A DNA stretch of 64,000 bases from a virus. Both the position numbers and the translations under genes were made by a program. Of the stretch, positions 48,360 to 56,757 are shown in pieces; position 1 is the first letter of the stretch, and every line of letters begins with the position of its first letter. The notes under the pieces are model-generated. The model saw only the letters and a list, made by a program, of their open reading frames with translations. It had not been told where the DNA came from and ran no database searches. The DNA is taken from IMG/VR virus record IMGVR_UViG_3300020166_000010. The stretch is one strand, 5' to 3'.

Positions 48360-50317
48360 TCTTCTCCTTTTTTATATGATATTGAATAAACTTTAGTTCC
48401 AATTGTCATTTTCTTATCTATGATTGCGTCTGCTAAAATATCTTCTACGTAATTTTGAACTGCTCTTTTTAATGGACGTGCTCCATATAGTGGATCATAT
48501 CCTTGTTCTGCTAGGAATGCCTTTGCAGTTTTATTGATTTTAATAGAATAACCTTGTTTTTCTAATCTAGTGATAACTCTATTTAATTCAATATCTACAA
48601 TCTCCAACATATTATCTTTACTTAAAGAATTAAATAAGATCATGTCGTCTAATCTATTTAAGAATTCAGGTGCAAACTTATTTTTAAGTTCCTTTCTGAT
48701 AATAGATTCTACGTGAGATTTCTGAGTTGCAATTGAGCTATTACTTTCAAATCCTATCCCTGCTCCAAAGTCTGAAACTTTTTTAGCACCTACATTTGAT
48801 GTCATTATAATAATAGTATTCGTGAAATCTACAGTTCTTCCTAGGGAATCTGTTAATCTACCCTCGTCTAATACTTGCAATAATGTATTGAATGTATCTG
48901 GATGCGCTTTTTCAACTTCATCAAATAATACAACCGAATAAGGTTTACGTCTTACTTGTTCCGTTAATTGTCCACCACTCTCGTGTCCAACATATCCAGG
49001 AGGAGATCCAATTAATTTAGAAACATTAAACTTTTCTTGATATTCTGACATATCAATTCTAATAATAGAATCTTCATCACCAAAATAATAGTTAGCTAAA
49101 GCTTTGACTGTTTCTGTTTTACCAACTCCAGTAGGTCCAATAAACATAAAAGAACCAATTGGTTTTTTAGATGAACTAACACCAGCTCTAGATCTTTTAA
49201 TTACTTTACATAATCCAGTAACTGCAGAATCTTGTCCGATTATCATCGACTTAAGTTTAGATTCCATGTCCGTGATAACTTTACTTTCGTCGTCTGTCAT
49301 TCTAGAGATTGGAATTCCAGTTGCGTCTGAAATAGTTTCAGCGATATCATCGTATGTTACAGGGCGTCTGTTAATTCTTAAATCACTTTGCCAATCCGAA
49401 ATAGTTTTATCAATAATATCTCTTTGTTTTATTTCAGCATCTCTGAATTTTGCTGCCTTTTCATAATCTTGTTCTTCAACTGCTGCTAGCTTTTGAGACT
49501 TAACTACCTCAATCTTTTTCTCAGCATCTTTAATATGTTCTGGCATCTTAACCTGAGATAGGTGTACTTTTGCACCGGCTTCATCCATTAAATCGATTGC
49601 TTTGTCTGGTAATTCTCTAGAAGTAACATATCTATCAGAAAGTTCAACACATGCTTTTAGTGCCTCATCTGTATATTCTACCGCGTGATAGTCTTCGTAA
49701 TTACCTTTAATTCTATTTAAGATCTCGATAGAATCACTAATTGAAGGTGGATCAATAAAAACTTCTTGGAATCTTCTAGTAAGTGCTCCATCAGTTTCTA
49801 TATTTTCTCTATATTCATCGAGAGTTGTTGCCCCAATACATTGTACCTGTCCTCTCGCAAGGGCTGGTTTTAAAATGTTACTAGCATCTAAAGAACCGCT
49901 AACTCCACCAGCTCCTACCATTGTGTGAATTTCATCAACAAAGATTATAATATCTGGATTAGCCTTTAGCTCATCAACAATCTTCTTCATTCTCTCTTCG
50001 AATTCTCCACGATATTTAGTACCTGCAACAATCGTCGACATATTTAAAGAGATTACTCTTTTACCTGTAAGAGTCATTGCTACTTTTTTATCAACAATTC
50101 TTTGCGCTATAGCCTCAACCAATGCAGTTTTACCAACACCAGGATCTCCTAATATAATTGGATTGTTCTTCTTTCTCCTAGAAAGGATTTGACAAATTCT
50201 ATAAACTTCTTTGTCTCTTCCTATAATAGGATCTAATTTACCCTCAGAGGCTGCAGCTGTTAAGTCTTCTCCGAATTGATCTATTAACGGTGTTTTTGCT
50301 TGTTTCTTATTTGCCAT
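48341..50317 (-). CDS. clpC: ClpC-type AAA+ unfoldase lacking the N-terminal Clp domain
   Basis: Two AAA modules (GDPGVGKT, GPTGVGKT), UVR M-domain (EEQDYEKAA) and IGF loop; the protein starts directly at TPLIDQFGEDLT. Confidence 0.92.
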   Translation of the reverse strand: MANKKQAKTPLIDQFGEDLTAAASEGKLDPIIGRDKEVYRICQILSRRKKNNPIILGDPGVGKTALVEAIAQRIVDKKVAMTLTGKRVISLNMSTIVAGTKYRGEFEERMKKIVDELKANPDIIIFVDEIHTMVGAGGVSGSLDASNILKPALARGQVQCIGATTLDEYRENIETDGALTRRFQEVFIDPPSISDSIEILNRIKGNYEDYHAVEYTDEALKACVELSDRYVTSRELPDKAIDLMDEAGAKVHLSQVKMPEHIKDAEKKIEVVKSQKLAAVEEQDYEKAAKFRDAEIKQRDIIDKTISDWQSDLRINRRPVTYDDIAETISDATGIPISRMTDDESKVITDMESKLKSMIIGQDSAVTGLCKVIKRSRAGVSSSKKPIGSFMFIGPTGVGKTETVKALANYYFGDEDSIIRIDMSEYQEKFNVSKLIGSPPGYVGHESGGQLTEQVRRKPYSVVLFDEVEKAHPDTFNTLLQVLDEGRLTDSLGRTVDFTNTIIIMTSNVGAKKVSDFGAGIGFESNSSIATQKSHVESIIRKELKNKFAPEFLNRLDDMILFNSLSKDNMLEIVDIELNRVITRLEKQGYSIKINKTAKAFLAEQGYDPLYGARPLKRAVQNYVEDILADAIIDKKMTIGTKVYSISYKKGEDKLSLK

Positions 50318-50341
50318 GTTCTTAATTAGTATTTATAGTTA

Positions 50342-50368
50342 TTATAACGAATAAACGGGATTTGTTTA
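50342..50368 (-). promoter_or_regulatory. putative middle promoter TAAAC-N17-TATAA
   Basis: Motif upstream of clpC. Confidence 0.6.
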
Positions 50369-50378
50369 TTTATTAATG

Positions 50379-50412
50379 AAAAAAAAAGAGCCAGTGGTTA
50401 ACTAGCTCTTTT
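50379..50412 (-). terminator. intrinsic terminator
   Basis: Minus strand reads AGAGCUAGU-UAACC-ACUGGCUCU followed by a long U tract. Confidence 0.75.
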
Positions 50413-50496
50413 GTAAAAATCTATGTGGTTAAATGAATCTAACACAGCACGGTTAAATATCGTTCTGCTTTATATATCTATTTTTTCATGAGCAAT

Positions 50497-50712
50497 TTAA
50501 AGATTTACAGATCGCATAGTACATTGGGAGCAAACTACAGCTGAGGTATTTTCAGTTACTTCCGTCCATTCTTTACATTGAGTCTCACCATCGTTCGGCG
50601 CCCATTGTGGATATCTACTTTCGTCTAAGTCGGAATTCATACAAATCATCATGATCTTTTTGTCAGTCTTTTTAGTTTTCCAAACTTTGGTCATCTTTTT
50701 CTTCTTGGTCAT
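50497..50712 (-). CDS. small Cys-rich (Zn-binding) protein
   Basis: C..C..CSQC pattern; sits behind a GAAAC-N17-TATAA promoter (50733-50759). Confidence 0.65.
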   Translation of the reverse strand: MTKKKKMTKVWKTKKTDKKIMMICMNSDLDESRYPQWAPNDGETQCKEWTEVTENTSAVVCSQCTMRSVNL

Positions 50713-50949
50713 AATATATTATTATTTGATTATTATACTTAAATATTACCTTTTGTTTCTATTTTATTATTCTTTAATTCTTAGAGTTGTTAGAGTTACT
50801 CATAGGATTCTTTGAGGGAATTAAAAATTTTTATTTTTGCAGCTTCTCATTTATTCCACCTCCACCCTCTTTATTATTTTACTTAAAGTAGTTTAAACGT
50901 TATTCAAAGTCTGGGAAAATAATTTTCAGCAACATTCAAAAACTAAAAA

Positions 50950-51810
50950 AACCCAAAAACCCAAATCAATACCAACATTATATCGTAGGTTCCCGCACAC
51001 CGGATAGGATCCCTAGAAGGACCCGGAGCCTGGGAAGTACCCTCGGAGAAAATATCAGGGGGTGTTCCACCCAACCTCTCGCTCCACACATGGGAACCGC
51101 AGGGGACCGACCCCACTAGTGCACACATCACTCTGAGTTACTCATTTAAAAGTTGGCGCAGAGTACAAGTGAGAATTGGGTTTTTCCCTTTTTTTCCTCG
51201 ATGCCTCTTACCCTCTTAGTCCTTATAGAATACTATAGAATATTTCTTTTATATCTTATAGGTTCTCTATCCTAATAGACAAGTAGACGGCGCCAACCTG
51301 CCACTTGCGGGTGCTTTCTTTTTGGGTTATTTGAGGGGTACCCTTAAAGGGGACTGTGAGTGCTTGGAGTCATGTGAGAGGTTGCAACCCTCTGATTGTA
51401 GTGAGTGGTTTGAGTTGGCCCTCTCCCTCCCTATTCAACCTTCAAGCTTAAAGACATAAGTTATATTCACAGGTACCAGATTTGTTTCATAATTTGTAAA
51501 CTTTTTTTATTAACAGTCCTCTGAGGTACTGAGAAGAGGGCGCCCCGCCCGACGGGGTCTAGGGGGTCACTCCCACCCCGGGGATATTTGGGGGGCTGGA
51601 GCACTTTCCTGTTTATATTATTGAGTGTAGGGGGATGGGATCCTTAGAGGGTACCTCTGAGATCTCAAAGAGTACTCCCCATTGGTCTGGAAGGGTCCTT
51701 TTCCCGGGAGACCAGATGGTGCCCATTGGGTAAAGTGTTTTTTGATATATGTTTATTATTAATAGTAGTCATAGCCCCTGACCCCCAGCCCTCGGAGCCA
51801 TGGTAAATTC
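50950..51810. other. GC-rich, palindrome-dense non-coding tract
   Basis: No credible ORF; many perfect 6-10-bp palindromes; visibly higher GC than the rest of the window. Confidence 0.7.
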
Positions 51811-51815
51811 AGGTT

Positions 51816-52265
51816 TTACCTGCGGAACTTGGGTATTTGCGGCTTTGGTACCTTGGGTGTTGGACTCCCTCCAAGCTTGGGTACTTGCGGCGCGGGTGGA
51901 TTGGGTTTGGGTCTCTGAGCCTTTGGGGAGCCTGGAGCGCCTGGGCTCTCGGGTTGCCCCTTGCCTGGTTGGCCGTCAGGGTTCATAGTACTCTGCATCT
52001 TGTCGCTTGCCTTACCCATGGCATAGTTCCACGCTTTGTCTTTAGCCCACTCTTTTCCGCGACTCCACTTATCTCCTACCCAGTCAGAAAATCCGCGCTG
52101 GTCAGCTTCCCCAGCTGGGGGCTTAGGAGGTGGTACAGCTGCTGCCTTGGGCCTGTCTATCGAGGGCTTCCCTAGGGAGCTCTTTTGATTGGCCTGAGTG
52201 TTAACCCCCTGGGTGTTACTCTGTACCTGTAGGTTTAATTTAGCTTGTGGGCTCTGGTTGATCAT
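51816..52265 (-). CDS. Pro/Gln/Lys-rich disordered protein with a central Trp-rich helix
   Basis: 149-aa ORF with coherent low-complexity composition. Confidence 0.55.
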   Translation of the reverse strand: MINQSPQAKLNLQVQSNTQGVNTQANQKSSLGKPSIDRPKAAAVPPPKPPAGEADQRGFSDWVGDKWSRGKEWAKDKAWNYAMGKASDKMQSTMNPDGQPGKGQPESPGAPGSPKAQRPKPNPPAPQVPKLGGSPTPKVPKPQIPKFRR

Positions 52266-52380
52266 AGGTTAGCTGGTCTAGTTGTTGATTTAACTTAGGT
52301 ATACTCTTGTCGTAGGGGTTAGATAGCTTAAGTGCTATAATGCGATTTCTTAACTCTACTATCTGGTCTTGCTTGTTCAT
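52240..52380 (-). CDS. small hypothetical protein (46 aa, MNKQDQIVELRNRI...)
   Basis: Hand-translated; overlaps the start of the next gene. Confidence 0.45.
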   Translation of the reverse strand: MNKQDQIVELRNRIIALKLSNPYDKSIPKLNQQLDQLTYDQPEPTS

Positions 52381-52505
52381 ACTCTATTTGGTTTTAATTA
52401 AGTTTCTTTATATGGCGCCCTCGGAGTGTTCACTCTGGGAACATTATCTAGGGGTCACCTATTAGTTACTATAGGTTATATATAAGTGACCCACCAGGGT
52501 GACCC

Positions 52506-52964
52506 TTATAGGGCCTCTACCTCAACTGGCTGGTTCATAACAAAAGCTTTACTTGCCCAGGTTTTACTATTAACTGCCTTATACTGGTCACTATTATATA
52601 GGTTCGTGTTATACCATAATCCGTTAATAGTTCCAACTTCTAAGCCAGCCATTATAGCTTCATCCATTAGGAGGATCTTATTTCCTTTTTTCGCGAACAC
52701 TGTAAAGTAATTATCAGATCCGAATGGCTTATACTCTACTGTATGTAAGGCTCCTTTCTTATATGCGTTTAATACTATTGAAGGATTATCATATAATCTC
52801 TGATCGTCAAAATCTCTAGCATCGTTACAGGTCATATAACCAGCTCTACACTTTGTTATAAAACGGAATTTACCCGGTTGGGCTTCGTAGTAGTCGTTCT
52901 TAATAATGTTGATAGCCTGGATTCCAGTAACGTTGATAATGTCTTTGTTTTTTAATTCGTGCAT
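52506..52964 (-). CDS. hypothetical early protein
   Basis: ORF behind the leftward arm of a divergent early promoter. Confidence 0.75.
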   Translation of the reverse strand: MHELKNKDIINVTGIQAINIIKNDYYEAQPGKFRFITKCRAGYMTCNDARDFDDQRLYDNPSIVLNAYKKGALHTVEYKPFGSDNYFTVFAKKGNKILLMDEAIMAGLEVGTINGLWYNTNLYNSDQYKAVNSKTWASKAFVMNQPVEVEAL

Positions 52965-52994
52965 GGTGTGGTGTTTAAGTGTTAGTATTAATTA

Positions 52995-53140
52995 TATAGT
53001 AAATATAACACTTATATTTGATATAAAAAAACTTTTGTGCATTTATTTTTAGTTGAGGTCCTATTTATAATGATTATAAATTAGGAAAGTTTTCACCCTA
53101 GATTTTTTTATATGAAACTAATTGCTTATATTTACTATAT
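52995..53140. promoter_or_regulatory. divergent early promoters sharing one palindromic operator
   Basis: Operator 53063-53081; leftward box 53000-53007 (55 bp away) and rightward box 53127-53134 (45 bp away). This is the strand-switch point. Confidence 0.75.
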
Positions 53141-53161
53141 AATAATTAAAACAACTACTAC

Positions 53162-53515
53162 ATGAATATCAAAATCACCGCAGACGAAGAAAGAGTTATC
53201 AAATATGCACTCGCAGACTATACTAATAACTTAGTTGGTAAGGGAATTCTATATAATACCGCTGTTGGTATCTTAAATAAGATTAACGATGCTGGTATTG
53301 TGAAGGCAGCGAGAACACCTAAGGTGCTGGTTCAGAAGCAATATATGTTCTCATTCGAGAATGGCGGATGGAACACAGTGTGGGCTAAAACACTACCTGG
53401 TGCTAAGCGTCAAGCCTTATTAGAGTATAAGGATTCTGACTTAAATGTTCGATTAGATAGTGTTCACTTAGCTACTAAGAAAGGATTAGATTCGGCAATG
53501 TCCTTATTCTACTAG
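53162..53515 (+). CDS. hypothetical early protein
   Basis: ORF behind an early promoter. Confidence 0.75.
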   Translation: MNIKITADEERVIKYALADYTNNLVGKGILYNTAVGILNKINDAGIVKAARTPKVLVQKQYMFSFENGGWNTVWAKTLPGAKRQALLEYKDSDLNVRLDSVHLATKKGLDSAMSLFY

Positions 53516-53524
53516 GGAACCCTT

Positions 53525-53600
53525 ATTTATAATCATTATAAATTAAGAAAGTTTTCACCCTAGATTTTTTTATATCAATAATTAGTGTTATATTTAACTA
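53525..53600 (+). promoter_or_regulatory. early promoter with palindromic operator
   Basis: Operator 53525-53543; TATATTTA at 53589-53596. Confidence 0.75.
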
Positions 53601-53620
53601 TAATTAAAAACGTAATCGTT

Positions 53621-53833
53621 ATGACAAATTTCAAAAACTTATCAATTTACATCTTAGTGATTTTAGCTGGTGTAGCTATTGCTGCCTTTATTATCCCAGC
53701 TGGTATCAAACTATTTTTTAGTGGTTTACTATGGATGATGAATAATCCTGCAACAGGGTTGGTAATCTCTATTACATTCTTAATCGGATGTTTTGTTGGT
53801 AATTTTGAAACAAAGTCTAATAAATCAGTATAA
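53621..53833 (+). CDS. small membrane protein
   Basis: Two hydrophobic segments; start reassigned to MTNFKN. Confidence 0.65.
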   Translation: MTNFKNLSIYILVILAGVAIAAFIIPAGIKLFFSGLLWMMNNPATGLVISITFLIGCFVGNFETKSNKSV

Positions 53834-53853
53834 TAATAAATCAAACGAACATT

Positions 53854-54990
53854 ATGAGCATTCAAACTTTATCACAAACCGCGGTAGCAACAAGTAAACA
53901 AGAGAGCATCAACGCTCAATCTTTACGCCGCACCCTTCCTTTCCGAGACATTACAATGATCGACGAGACAACCATCGAGTATAAAGGAACTCGTATCCCA
54001 ATTACCAAGCAAGCTTTTAAATCCTTACTATCTCTAGTAGGTATGAGCCAGTCGTTCGCAGACAAATTCTCTAAGCTGTTTAACAAAGAGACTAAAGCGC
54101 AATTCATTAATACTATGAAAAACGCAATGGCATCTAACGCAGGTAAACTTAGCAACGTTACATTGGTTCTAAATCCAATTTCGAAAGCTGTGATCTTATT
54201 TACTAAAGAAGACAAGCTGCAAATCTCAAACGATCAAATGATCCAAGTTGCAGAGAACATGATCTCAGATAGTTCAATGGGAGTATCTAGATGGACTACG
54301 GATCCAACAACAGGTATTATCACAATCGACGCTCATAACCCTAAGGCTGAGTTTGAGATCTTAGGATTAAGTGATGAGGTCTTTACTGGAGGAGTTACAT
54401 TCCGTAATAGTCCACTAAGAGGATTTGAAGTTATGCCATACGTAAATCGCCAATGGTGTACTAATGGTCTAACAACAGCTATGGCACAAGAAGCATACCA
54501 ACTACATTCTTTAGATAATAAGAGTATGGAAAGCTTTTTCGAAAACATGCAAGGTTTAAGACGTAATAACTACGCTCCTGAAGGATTTGCTGATCGAGTT
54601 CGCCAAGCTAACAACACACCTGCTTCGCTACATGAAATGTCTTTTGCACATAACTTAATTTCTAAGCATGCTGGTGAAAGAGCAGAACAATGGGTACCTC
54701 TACAAGAGAACCTCAACGAATATAATAAAGCCGGATTTGATAAATTAACTAACGATCAAATGAAGATGGCTAAAACTAACCAATCGCTTTGGTCAGTAAT
54801 TAATGGAGTTACACACTTTAGTAGTCATGGTAAAGGTATCATCGACACTAACATGCAACCTCATAATGAAGCTGATATCCAAACACGTATTGGAAACCTA
54901 TTAGGCAAAAAGAGTTTTGATCACGAAAACACTATGCCAAACCCTTTTAGTAAGGAACAGCTTCAACAGACTGGAGCTCTTCTGAACTAA
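53854..54990 (+). CDS. DUF932-like protein
   Basis: G..F.NS..R.WC.NG motif and a C-terminal SLW..INGVT helix typical of DUF932/DUF945 phage-plasmid proteins. Confidence 0.6.
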   Translation: MSIQTLSQTAVATSKQESINAQSLRRTLPFRDITMIDETTIEYKGTRIPITKQAFKSLLSLVGMSQSFADKFSKLFNKETKAQFINTMKNAMASNAGKLSNVTLVLNPISKAVILFTKEDKLQISNDQMIQVAENMISDSSMGVSRWTTDPTTGIITIDAHNPKAEFEILGLSDEVFTGGVTFRNSPLRGFEVMPYVNRQWCTNGLTTAMAQEAYQLHSLDNKSMESFFENMQGLRRNNYAPEGFADRVRQANNTPASLHEMSFAHNLISKHAGERAEQWVPLQENLNEYNKAGFDKLTNDQMKMAKTNQSLWSVINGVTHFSSHGKGIIDTNMQPHNEADIQTRIGNLLGKKSFDHENTMPNPFSKEQLQQTGALLN

Positions 54991-55018
54991 TGTTTAGTTT
55001 GATTTTAATTATTATTAC

Positions 55019-55049
55019 AAAAGGCAGGCGTTGTTTCCTGCCTTTTTTT
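55019..55049 (+). terminator. intrinsic terminator
   Basis: AAAAGGCAGG-N8-CCTGCCTTTTTTT. Confidence 0.8.
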
Positions 55050-55073
55050 ATACACCTCGGTCAGGGGGCCCTT

Positions 55074-55150
55074 ATTTATAATGATTATAAATTACAAAAG
55101 TTTTCACCCTAGATTTTTTTATATCAATAAAAAGTGTTATATTTAATTAT
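55074..55150 (+). promoter_or_regulatory. early promoter with palindromic operator
   Basis: Operator 55074-55092; TATATTTA at 55138-55145. Confidence 0.75.
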
Positions 55151-55169
55151 AATTAAAAAACAAACAAAC

Positions 55170-55454
55170 ATGACTTATTCAAAAATCGTTTCCGCTATCA
55201 ACAATGCTAACCTTTCAGTAGAAGAACTTTCTAAGCTGAATTCTTTCGTGGTTGATACTATTAAATTAAAACGCAAAATGAACGGCGCTGTTATTAAGCA
55301 ATCTCTATCTAGAGGTTCAATGGTAATGGTTGATCACCCTGCACACAAGAACTCTACGTTCGAGGTATTAGAAGTTCGTAGAACTAAAGCAACTATCAAA
55401 GATAGTCAAGGTCGCAGAATGAATGCACCTCTATCTATGTTGATCCCAATGTAA
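55170..55454 (+). CDS. small protein with C-terminal SH3-like beta barrel (putative)
   Basis: ORF with start reassigned to MTYSKI. Confidence 0.7.
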   Translation: MTYSKIVSAINNANLSVEELSKLNSFVVDTIKLKRKMNGAVIKQSLSRGSMVMVDHPAHKNSTFEVLEVRRTKATIKDSQGRRMNAPLSMLIPM

Positions 55455-55474
55455 ATTGTCAACAACCCGATTGC

Positions 55475-55548
55475 GGACTTATAGCTCAGCTGGTTAGAGC
55501 AGCGCACTCATAATGCGAAGGTCACAGGTTCGAACCCTGTTAGGTCCA
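55475..55548 (+). tRNA. tRNA with CAU anticodon, probably tRNA-Ile2 (elongator Met not excluded)
   Basis: GGACTTA/TAGGTCC acceptor stem, AGCTCAG..GG..AGAGC D-arm, CTCATAA anticodon loop and GTTCGAA T-loop. Confidence 0.9.
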
Positions 55549-55553
55549 CCCAG

Positions 55554-55625
55554 AATTGTTAATAACTTTTGAAAATAAGTTCACTAAAGTTTTCATATCC
55601 CACTAAAAAGGTTTATATTTACATA
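55554..55625 (+). promoter_or_regulatory. early-type promoter with alternative upstream element TTGTTAATAACTTTT
   Basis: TATATTTA at 55614-55621; same architecture at 62437-62505. Confidence 0.55.
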
Positions 55626-55645
55626 TAACATTAAAACACCACGTA

Positions 55646-56731
55646 ATGAATCACTACACTATTAAGAAAACCAAAAACACATATACCCTAACTGAGGTAC
55701 AATCAGGAACAACTCTAAACATTGGATCCACACATCCTAAATTTAACTATGTCGCTAAAGAAGATTCTAAAGGATCTCGTATTATTAATATCAATGGCGA
55801 CAAGTTCACCTCATCTAAAGATTATAGAGGTCACTATAAGAAGTCTACCCAAGCTCAAAAGCCAGCTAAGCCTCTTAATATTACCCTAACCAAGTTAGAT
55901 GATTTAAATATTAATGCCAACTTATTCGTACCTATAGAGACCAATACAGTCTTTGACAAATTCGCATCTACTGCAGGTGGTATTATGCCAGGTACAAACA
56001 TCATGGCGGCCGGAGCCCCAGGTGTTGGTAAAACTACGGTCCTATTAGATCTATTAAGTACTGCACATAAGAGTGGTAAGAAGGTCCTATTCATCTCAGC
56101 TGAAATGTCTCAGATAGATATGGCCCGCTACTTACAACGCTTTCCTCACTGGGGTCAGTTGCCGATCTTATTCCTAGCAGACTATGTGGATGAATGTCCA
56201 AAGACTGTAATCGAACAAGTCTTAAATGGAGGTTGGGATTTGGTCCTAACTGATAGCTACACTGAAGTTAACGACACCGTAAAAGAAGCTTGTAACCTAA
56301 CCCGTGGTAAAGTTGAGAAATGGTTCCTAGACCTAATGATCTCAAATAACAAAGGTGTTAACAAGCCCGGAATCTACACAACCTTTATTACCATCTTGCA
56401 ATTATCTAAAGGAGGTCAATTCGTCGGATCTAACAAACTAAAACACATGACCACGAGCATGATGAGCTTGGACTGGGAAGGTGGAGAAAACGCAGGTCGT
56501 AGATACATGGAATTCTCTAAAAACCGAGTAGGTGCAGTAAACAAAAAACTTTACTTTTCTTTAGAAGGCGGAGTAAGCTTTGACGAAGCCCGATACGCTA
56601 GGGATCTATTTAACGACGAGTTGGTATCTACAGAACGCAAGCAATTAGCGACGGAAGCAGATGCCTTCGACAAGTTATTCGGATTCAGTGAAGTAGATGC
56701 CGAAGACTTAGAAGCTCATATCGAAATATAA
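55646..56731 (+). CDS. RadA/Sms-like RecA-fold ATPase (no Zn finger or Lon domain)
   Basis: GGIMPG..GAPGVGKTT, VLFISAE, DS, L.HM and KNRVG (cf. RadA KNRFG). Confidence 0.75.
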   Translation: MNHYTIKKTKNTYTLTEVQSGTTLNIGSTHPKFNYVAKEDSKGSRIININGDKFTSSKDYRGHYKKSTQAQKPAKPLNITLTKLDDLNINANLFVPIETNTVFDKFASTAGGIMPGTNIMAAGAPGVGKTTVLLDLLSTAHKSGKKVLFISAEMSQIDMARYLQRFPHWGQLPILFLADYVDECPKTVIEQVLNGGWDLVLTDSYTEVNDTVKEACNLTRGKVEKWFLDLMISNNKGVNKPGIYTTFITILQLSKGGQFVGSNKLKHMTTSMMSLDWEGGENAGRRYMEFSKNRVGAVNKKLYFSLEGGVSFDEARYARDLFNDELVSTERKQLATEADAFDKLFGFSEVDAEDLEAHIEI

Positions 56732-56757
56732 GGGTCCTATTAGGATTCCTAAGCCTT

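Noticed and set aside
51638-51709. Cloning-vector polylinker contamination
   Set aside because: The site order and flanks do not match a vector MCS I recognise, and the palindrome-rich character extends for about 900 bp and blends into phage-type promoters. It cannot be fully excluded without reads.
50943-52175. ORFs 50943-51131, 51800-51988 and 51837-52175
   Set aside because: They have non-ATG or context-poor starts and implausible composition, and are likely by-products of locally high GC.
53585-53620. Apparent shared N-terminal motif MLYL.IIK in several ORFs (985, 18272, 53585, 55134, 60326)
   Set aside because: It is the translation of the promoter sequence GTGTTATATTTA...; the true ATG starts lie downstream.
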